31,493 nt of DNA, taken from positions 1 through 31,493 of the IMG/VR virus record IMGVR_UViG_3300021124_000496. One strand, written 5' to 3'. This DNA comes from a virus. Taxonomy: Duplodnaviria; Caudoviricetes. The position numbers and the translations under genes were made by a program. A model generated the notes under the pieces. The model was given only the letters and a program-made list of their open reading frames with translations. It made no database searches and was not told where the DNA came from. Of this stretch, positions 26,179 through 31,493 are shown piece by piece (within the stretch, counting starts at the first letter, position 1; each line of letters opens with the position of its first letter).

Positions 26179-26209
26179 TATTTATAGCACTATTCAGGGT
26201 TTATGTCAA
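26179..26209 (-). promoter_or_regulatory. tmRNA promoter: TTGACA-17-TATAAA overlapping TATAAATA
   Basis: TTGACA 26209-26204; TATAAATA 26186-26179. Confidence 0.7.
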
Positions 26210-26345
26210 GGGTTATTTGCTGCTGCTTACCACAATGAGGGCAATATAGTTTTTTAGGCTTCCAATCGTCCATAACGGCGATACTAAACCACATTTTACA
26301 GAACTCACACGTAAAATGCCAGATTTTTTCTACGTTGGCTTTCAT
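26190..26345 (-). CDS. Small zinc-ribbon protein (51 aa)
   Basis: Not in the ORF track. MKANVEKIWHFTCEFCKMWFSIAVMDDWKPKKLYCPHCGKQQQITLDINPE has CxxC...CPxC; ATGA overlap with the upstream gene. Confidence 0.8.
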   Translation of the reverse strand: MKANVEKIWHFTCEFCKMWFSIAVMDDWKPKKLYCPHCGKQQQITLDINPE

Positions 26346-29300
26346 TTCTTTGTTGGTATATCATATTCGGCATCTGGTCCACTGCCGCCCCATGGCGAAA
26401 CAATATTACGATCACTGCCTGTTATATTTTGATTTAGAGTTCCACTCTGACCAAAATTCTGAATATTTTGACTTCCAACCACCGCTGATATTGGTATTAA
26501 AGTTTGATTTTGGTTATCACTTTGACTTAGTATTGATAAGTCTGATGCGGGATTATTATTCGTTTGTTGCACTATTTGCTTGAATACACTATTAATTTTT
26601 GTTAATAGACCAGATAATACAGAATCTCCAAGTAATGTACCTGCAAGAGCATCAATATTTGATGGAGTAATTTGTGATAGCATTTCTAATATACCATAAA
26701 TCATTTGATCAGTGCCAAATGGTGTATTATTTTTAGTAGTTCCTATATTGCCATAAAGAATTTTATTAACAATAGCAAAAGCTGTTGCTATAAACAAATC
26801 ATTGTTTGTTAAGAACAAGCCGTTTTTGTCTATCGTTGCAAATAAATTTTTATTTCCATCAAGACTTACTATGTAAATTGAATTTCCAAGTACGAATATA
26901 TTTCTTTCAATTGCTTGTTGCAATACGTTAAGCCCAATGCTTTCAAGTACTTGTGGATTTGTGCCCGCATGTTGCAGATCATAATAGGTTTGGTCTGCTT
27001 GTGCAGGCAGTAAAGTAGTAGGATCATAACCAGCATTTACAAGTGTTTGGTTACGAACTTCAATGTATGTGTCTTCTGGTGTTTGTGGTATTACTTGGTC
27101 TTGTAAATTCATTGGTACATACGGAATTTCGCCTGTATATGCTGCAAGATAAAAACCTTCAGGATCACGATAATATTGACTATGTGGTAGTTTAAATCGT
27201 TCAACATTAACGCCCAATGACCCTAATGCAACAGCATTTCGACCTTGACGCATTGCTGCTTTGATGGCATCGCCATAAATGTTATCCTGCGCAACACGCT
27301 CCAAATACTCGCCAATTTGACCATATCCAGTTTGTTGTCCATAATAAGGCAAACCATCTGCAAATACATATGCTTGTACTGGATTATTTTGAATTGGAGC
27401 AAAAATATCCATTCCAAAAGTAGTAACATGATGATTTTCTTTAAGTATGTGTGCACAACTTGCAGCATGAGCCATTTCACTAGCAGCAATTGCTGCTTGT
27501 ACAGTTGGATCGCTGCTGTTCTTTATTACCGTAAGTTGTGATTCGATAGCAGAAACTAGCGCAAGCACTGCATCGTCGAGTGTGGTATAAATGGTGTTAT
27601 TAATATTAATAAATCCAGTTAATGATGTTTGACCACCTCCACCAGAACTACTGCCAGGCGCGTGATATCCGCCAGAAAGCAAAGTTTGTAACTGCACAAT
27701 TAATCCGTTTAAAGTTTGTCCAGCGGGCGTTGCCATTATAACATTATTGGCATGCGTTATTGCTGGCAGTGTATCGTTATGCACATACCCTGCGGCAGTT
27801 CCAAGAAAATCTGCCATTGTTAATTCACCAATACTGCCACCACCATATCCAAATGTTTGATTAAGGGTATCTGCTGCTGGCGGATACATTGGAGTAGGCA
27901 TTTGACTTAAATGATTTAAATCAAAACCAGGATCAGTTTTGCTTAACGCAGTGCCAATTTCATCAAATGTTTTAGCTTTGGTAATTCCTAAACTTATAAA
28001 TTGTTGACCCAAATCTTTAAAATTTTTGCTAGGGCTTGTTGCAAGCAAATCTGGTGCCATCACGCTCATATCTGTAAGTTGTCCAAGATGATGAATGTTA
28101 GTGCTTAAATTAAATTGACTGCTTACTGCGCCTACAGCAGTATCATCAGTAATATTGTTTAGTATTTTTTGAACAGGTTCGTCATATATTGGATTATCCA
28201 CGCCTGCAACTGGAATGTTATTTTGGATAAGTTGTTTTGTTAATCCAGTGGTGGTTCCTAACCCTGCCTTTATTATTTGACCAGCAACATTCGCAGGTTG
28301 TTGCAATCGTAATAGGTTTTCTGTAGAAAAACTACCTAAATTTTGTAAATTGCTTGCTGCCGCAGGTATATTACTAGAAAGTGAAGTCATTCCAAAACTT
28401 ACAATGCTGTTATTATTGACAAAATTAGCACCTAATCCGCCTGGTATATTAGCACCAAAAGCTAGACCACTTGCTTCTGCTGCTGCGCCAACTACGCTAT
28501 TTGATATACCACTAAATGCGCTAGCCAAACCAATTTGTTGGACGAAAGCATTAGTACCGCCACCTACAGCACCAGCAACCATATTATTTGCAACACGATT
28601 AATAATACCATTTAATCCGCCGTTAGAAGCAAATTGTTGAATAGCATTTGGTAAACCAAGTGGATTTTGTAGTACACCATTAAGTGGACCTAAAAGACCG
28701 CCTACACCACCACCCAACGTATTACCAAGTATATTTGTTATACTACCTGGCAGAACACCGGTCAAACTTGGTAATATATTAGCACCAATTTGACTCAAAG
28801 CTTGCATTGCGCCACCTGTAAGTTGGTTAAGCGGGCCAGCAACTTGACCTAAAATATTGCCAAGACCGCCACCTAATACATTACCAAGCGAACCTAATGC
28901 GCCACTCATAGCACCCGTAATACCAGTTGCGCCCAATGCACCTAATGCACTACCAAGTGCACCATTAATTGCTGCACCAAGACCACCAAGTAATCCTGCA
29001 CCAGCTATTGCGCCTAATATACCAAGACCTGCGCCAGCACATCCACTGCCACTGCCTGTTGCCGCACCTTTTGTATTTTTTGGAATACTTTGGCTTGGTC
29101 CACCTCTGGTAACATTTTTTGGGTCTGCACCATGCATCATGTTTACACGATCAATATCACGTGCACAGTTATTGTTTTGATTAAGAACAGCATTATCAAT
29201 CGTTGCCTGATCACCAGTTTTGAAAGCATCAATAGTGGCTTGCGGAACACGACCAACGCCATAGTTTGCAGTAATATCACCTAATGCAACTTGTTGTGCT

Positions 29301-29563
29301 GGAGTTAAATTATTAAAATTATCAACGCCAACAAGACCAGCCGCTTGATTATAATAACCTGGTAATTGCTGAGATGCAAGTGTTTGTGCATCTGTTTGAT
29401 TTATTGTTTGACCCGCCGTAACTGGACTGCCATCTGCATTATAATGATTACCATAGCCAATTGCATAACCAGTTTTATCATAATATGCAGTAGCACTAAA
29501 TCCTTCATGAACTGTATAAAAAGTAGTAGCAAGTGATGTATCTTTAATTACTGCATTTGTCAT
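26342..29563 (-). CDS. Large putative virion protein with N-terminal GH24-like lysozyme domain and Gly/Ala/Leu-rich region
   Basis: HEGFSATAYYDKTGYAIGYG and LTPAQQVALGDITANYGVG match phage lysozyme; ~150-aa G/A/L-rich hydrophobic stretch follows; near PAAR. Confidence 0.7.
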   Translation of the reverse strand: MTNAVIKDTSLATTFYTVHEGFSATAYYDKTGYAIGYGNHYNADGSPVTAGQTINQTDAQTLASQQLPGYYNQAAGLVGVDNFNNLTPAQQVALGDITANYGVGRVPQATIDAFKTGDQATIDNAVLNQNNNCARDIDRVNMMHGADPKNVTRGGPSQSIPKNTKGAATGSGSGCAGAGLGILGAIAGAGLLGGLGAAINGALGSALGALGATGITGAMSGALGSLGNVLGGGLGNILGQVAGPLNQLTGGAMQALSQIGANILPSLTGVLPGSITNILGNTLGGGVGGLLGPLNGVLQNPLGLPNAIQQFASNGGLNGIINRVANNMVAGAVGGGTNAFVQQIGLASAFSGISNSVVGAAAEASGLAFGANIPGGLGANFVNNNSIVSFGMTSLSSNIPAAASNLQNLGSFSTENLLRLQQPANVAGQIIKAGLGTTTGLTKQLIQNNIPVAGVDNPIYDEPVQKILNNITDDTAVGAVSSQFNLSTNIHHLGQLTDMSVMAPDLLATSPSKNFKDLGQQFISLGITKAKTFDEIGTALSKTDPGFDLNHLSQMPTPMYPPAADTLNQTFGYGGGSIGELTMADFLGTAAGYVHNDTLPAITHANNVIMATPAGQTLNGLIVQLQTLLSGGYHAPGSSSGGGGQTSLTGFININNTIYTTLDDAVLALVSAIESQLTVIKNSSDPTVQAAIAASEMAHAASCAHILKENHHVTTFGMDIFAPIQNNPVQAYVFADGLPYYGQQTGYGQIGEYLERVAQDNIYGDAIKAAMRQGRNAVALGSLGVNVERFKLPHSQYYRDPEGFYLAAYTGEIPYVPMNLQDQVIPQTPEDTYIEVRNQTLVNAGYDPTTLLPAQADQTYYDLQHAGTNPQVLESIGLNVLQQAIERNIFVLGNSIYIVSLDGNKNLFATIDKNGLFLTNNDLFIATAFAIVNKILYGNIGTTKNNTPFGTDQMIYGILEMLSQITPSNIDALAGTLLGDSVLSGLLTKINSVFKQIVQQTNNNPASDLSILSQSDNQNQTLIPISAVVGSQNIQNFGQSGTLNQNITGSDRNIVSPWGGSGPDAEYDIPTKK

Positions 29564-30831
29564 GATGTACTCACATTTGCATTTGCTACGTAATTTACCA
29601 CACTTTGTTTAAATTGCGGTGGTGTCCAAGCAATATTGCCAGGCACATATGTATCAGCAACAGCGTTTAACAGACCTGGAATTGCTATTGGAGCACCAGT
29701 AGCTACTAATTTGCGTAACCCTTTTGCTTCTTTGCGTAAATTAATATTTTGATTTGCAGTAAAATTTGCAGGATTATCACGTAATGTTTGTAAGGGGCTA
29801 CTTTGATTAAAATATACTTTAGCTAAATCATGATTATCCGTTACGCGTGCAACGTTTGCACCTACAAAAGACGCCGAGTGATCTGCAGCAGTTACTGGTA
29901 TTAAATTTTTTATAATATCTGTATACATTTCAGCGTTACCTTTAAGCGCAGCTTCTTTAATGCTATAACTATTATTTAAACTGTCTAAAACATAAGAAGC
30001 ATCAGTTCCAAAAACATGTTGATTTGTATCAAAATCTTGTACAATAAAATCAGTTCCATCATAACTAAGCGAACTGCCTAGTGTATAGGTATTTGTAATA
30101 CTATTGCTTATTTTTTTATAAATGCTTGCTGGTAAATTAACCAACACACCAGTGACACTATCAAGAATTGGTGGATGATAATTATTTACTATAGAAACGT
30201 TGGGAATTAAACCGCTTTGCGCCCAATTATATAGCGGTGTATAAATGTTACTAACTCTATTATTTGGATTTGGATTACTTGACTGACTACCAAAACCACC
30301 ATATACTGAACCGCTTGTATAAGTTAGGGCAGTATTCCAATATTGTAAATTTGAAACATTGGCAAAAGCATTAGAACTTAAATACAAACTCGTATTACTT
30401 GTTACTAATTCTACTACACCAACTGCAACATTTGGTCCACTTGCATTTGCAATAGCCAAATTGGAAATATAAAGTGTATCTCCATAATTTATTTCAGTTG
30501 CAAAATGAGTACCAATACCAGTTACAACTTGACTATAAATGTTAGCAGTGATATTGCCACTTGTATAATATGTATACGTGACAGTATTAGATGTTACTGG
30601 ACGATATGTAAATGAATTGGCTATAATATTAATGGCACTTGCTGAAAACAAGGTTGCCGATGTGTCACTTGTAACAGTAGATATATAGCCAGCAAAATTA
30701 TTAGTAATATTGCCAATAACTGTGCCTGGTTTTAATTGACTTAGAAAACTTGTTCCACTACCAGTAACTGTGGTAGTTCCTGCTGATACAGTAATAGTTC
30801 CTGATCCACTTGTATAATTTCCTAGTGCCAT
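29560..30831 (-). CDS. Putative virion/tail-associated protein
   Basis: Two copies of a GTITV...VTG.GT.F...L..GD module typical of tail-fibre N-termini; lies between PAAR and the lysozyme-domain gene. Confidence 0.6.
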   Translation of the reverse strand: MALGNYTSGSGTITVSAGTTTVTGSGTSFLSQLKPGTVIGNITNNFAGYISTVTSDTSATLFSASAINIIANSFTYRPVTSNTVTYTYYTSGNITANIYSQVVTGIGTHFATEINYGDTLYISNLAIANASGPNVAVGVVELVTSNTSLYLSSNAFANVSNLQYWNTALTYTSGSVYGGFGSQSSNPNPNNRVSNIYTPLYNWAQSGLIPNVSIVNNYHPPILDSVTGVLVNLPASIYKKISNSITNTYTLGSSLSYDGTDFIVQDFDTNQHVFGTDASYVLDSLNNSYSIKEAALKGNAEMYTDIIKNLIPVTAADHSASFVGANVARVTDNHDLAKVYFNQSSPLQTLRDNPANFTANQNINLRKEAKGLRKLVATGAPIAIPGLLNAVADTYVPGNIAWTPPQFKQSVVNYVANANVSTS

Positions 30832-31112
30832 TATTGCCCTATCAATACATCTGATTCATGCGGTATCATGATATGGCGACACGCATCTAATACACTTAGA
30901 TAACCAAGTGGCCTACCACCAACTATTACATTATGACTACCAATAACAATTGGATTAGGTGGATGAGGATGTCGTGGATCAAAACCTGGATGACCTGTCA
31001 CGTAATCGCCAATACGACTCGCTGGTCTGCCATTAATTAATACTGAGGTATCGCCCATCATTGCTATTCCACCAGCAGTGTTACGACTTCCTAATTTGGT
31101 TGGAATAGGCAT
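30831..31112 (-). CDS. PAAR-domain spike tip protein (T4 gp5.4-like)
   Basis: SVLINGRPASRIGD..TGH...HPP...GSHNVIVGGRP...D.C.H. Confidence 0.9.
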   Translation of the reverse strand: MPIPTKLGSRNTAGGIAMMGDTSVLINGRPASRIGDYVTGHPGFDPRHPHPPNPIVIGSHNVIVGGRPLGYLSVLDACRHIMIPHESDVLIGQ

Positions 31113-31122
31113 ATGATCTCCT

Positions 31123-31419
31123 TTAAACAGTAGCTAATGTCAGACCTGTAGTTTTCTGCAGATACTGAGTAGCGATGTCACCTTCTGTTCTGCCAGAAAG
31201 CGCAACTGCTCTCTTATTTAACACTACAGGATCGGTAGGTGCAACGCTAAAGATAGCAGGTGCTAATCCAAAGCCACCGTTTGGGGTTGCAATCATTACA
31301 AGTGGTTTTAGTAAAGTATAGGTAGTAGCATTTTCTTCACTAACACGACTGATTATTTCTTCACCAGCAAAAGTTTTGAAGGTATACACGGTATTCTTAT
31401 CAGTTTTAGAGATTAGCAT
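31123..31419 (-). CDS. Hypothetical protein (possible Sm-like beta fold)
   Basis: 98 aa; TFKTFAGEEIISRV...LLKPLV...Y...TTGL. Confidence 0.65.
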   Translation of the reverse strand: MLISKTDKNTVYTFKTFAGEEIISRVSEENATTYTLLKPLVMIATPNGGFGLAPAIFSVAPTDPVVLNKRAVALSGRTEGDIATQYLQKTTGLTLATV

Positions 31420-31493
31420 TCTTTCTTTCCTGTAATTCGTTGAGTGACAATTTACTTAGTCCGCTATAACCGCCCTCTACTAAAAGTTTGTTA
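31406..31493 (-). CDS. 3' end of a glutaredoxin-like protein (partial)
   Basis: Reads NKLLVEGGYSGLSKLSLNELQERKNANL-stop; LVEGGY.GL matches the glutaredoxin GG motif; the active site is outside the window. Confidence 0.55.
   Translation of the reverse strand, partial: NKLLVEGGYSGLSKLSLNELQERKNANL

Noticed and set aside
30831-31112. T6SS or extracellular contractile injection system
   Set aside because: PAAR alone is also a normal myophage spike tip; no tss or afp core genes are present in the window.
1-31493. Stop-codon reassignment (alternative genetic code)
   Set aside because: Recognisable genes are full length in the standard code. TAG, TGA and TAA all end genes at expected positions, and neither tRNA is a suppressor.
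1-31493. Bacterial chromosome origin (curli, rmlB, guaC, clpS, ssrA, rpsU are cellular genes)
   Set aside because: These genes lack their normal operon partners (no clpA, rmlACD, smpB, csgE). They are interleaved with PAAR, virion-like proteins, a homing endonuclease and T4-like late motifs.

Overview
AT-rich, densely coding, mostly minus-strand segment that reads as part of a large T4-like (myovirus/jumbo) phage genome. A permuted two-piece tmRNA with an ANDN...LAA tag points to an alphaproteobacterial host. Host-envelope functions: a curli/type VIII secretion-like operon (csgF, csgG, two curlin-like proteins, a secreted FecR-domain protein), a 1246-aa autotransporter, and sugar/surface-modifying enzymes (RmlB, carbamoyltransferase, SGNH, asparagine-synthase-like). 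Translation and proteostasis: tmRNA, tRNA-Gln, tRNA-Thr, bS21, a possible bL12-CTD-like protein, ClpS, and Hsp20 with a ROSE-like thermometer. Also uvsE, guaC, a GIY-YIG/NUMOD3 homing endonuclease, lipase, SleB, a lysozyme-headed giant protein and PAAR. The two signals least explained by standard annotation are (1) an unannotated ~200-nt multi-helix, probably pseudoknotted RNA at 11896-12097 and (2) repeated hairpins that carry a TAAATA late-promoter motif at the loop and cover or abut the downstream ribosome-binding site. All calls come from motif recognition by eye; no database searches were run.
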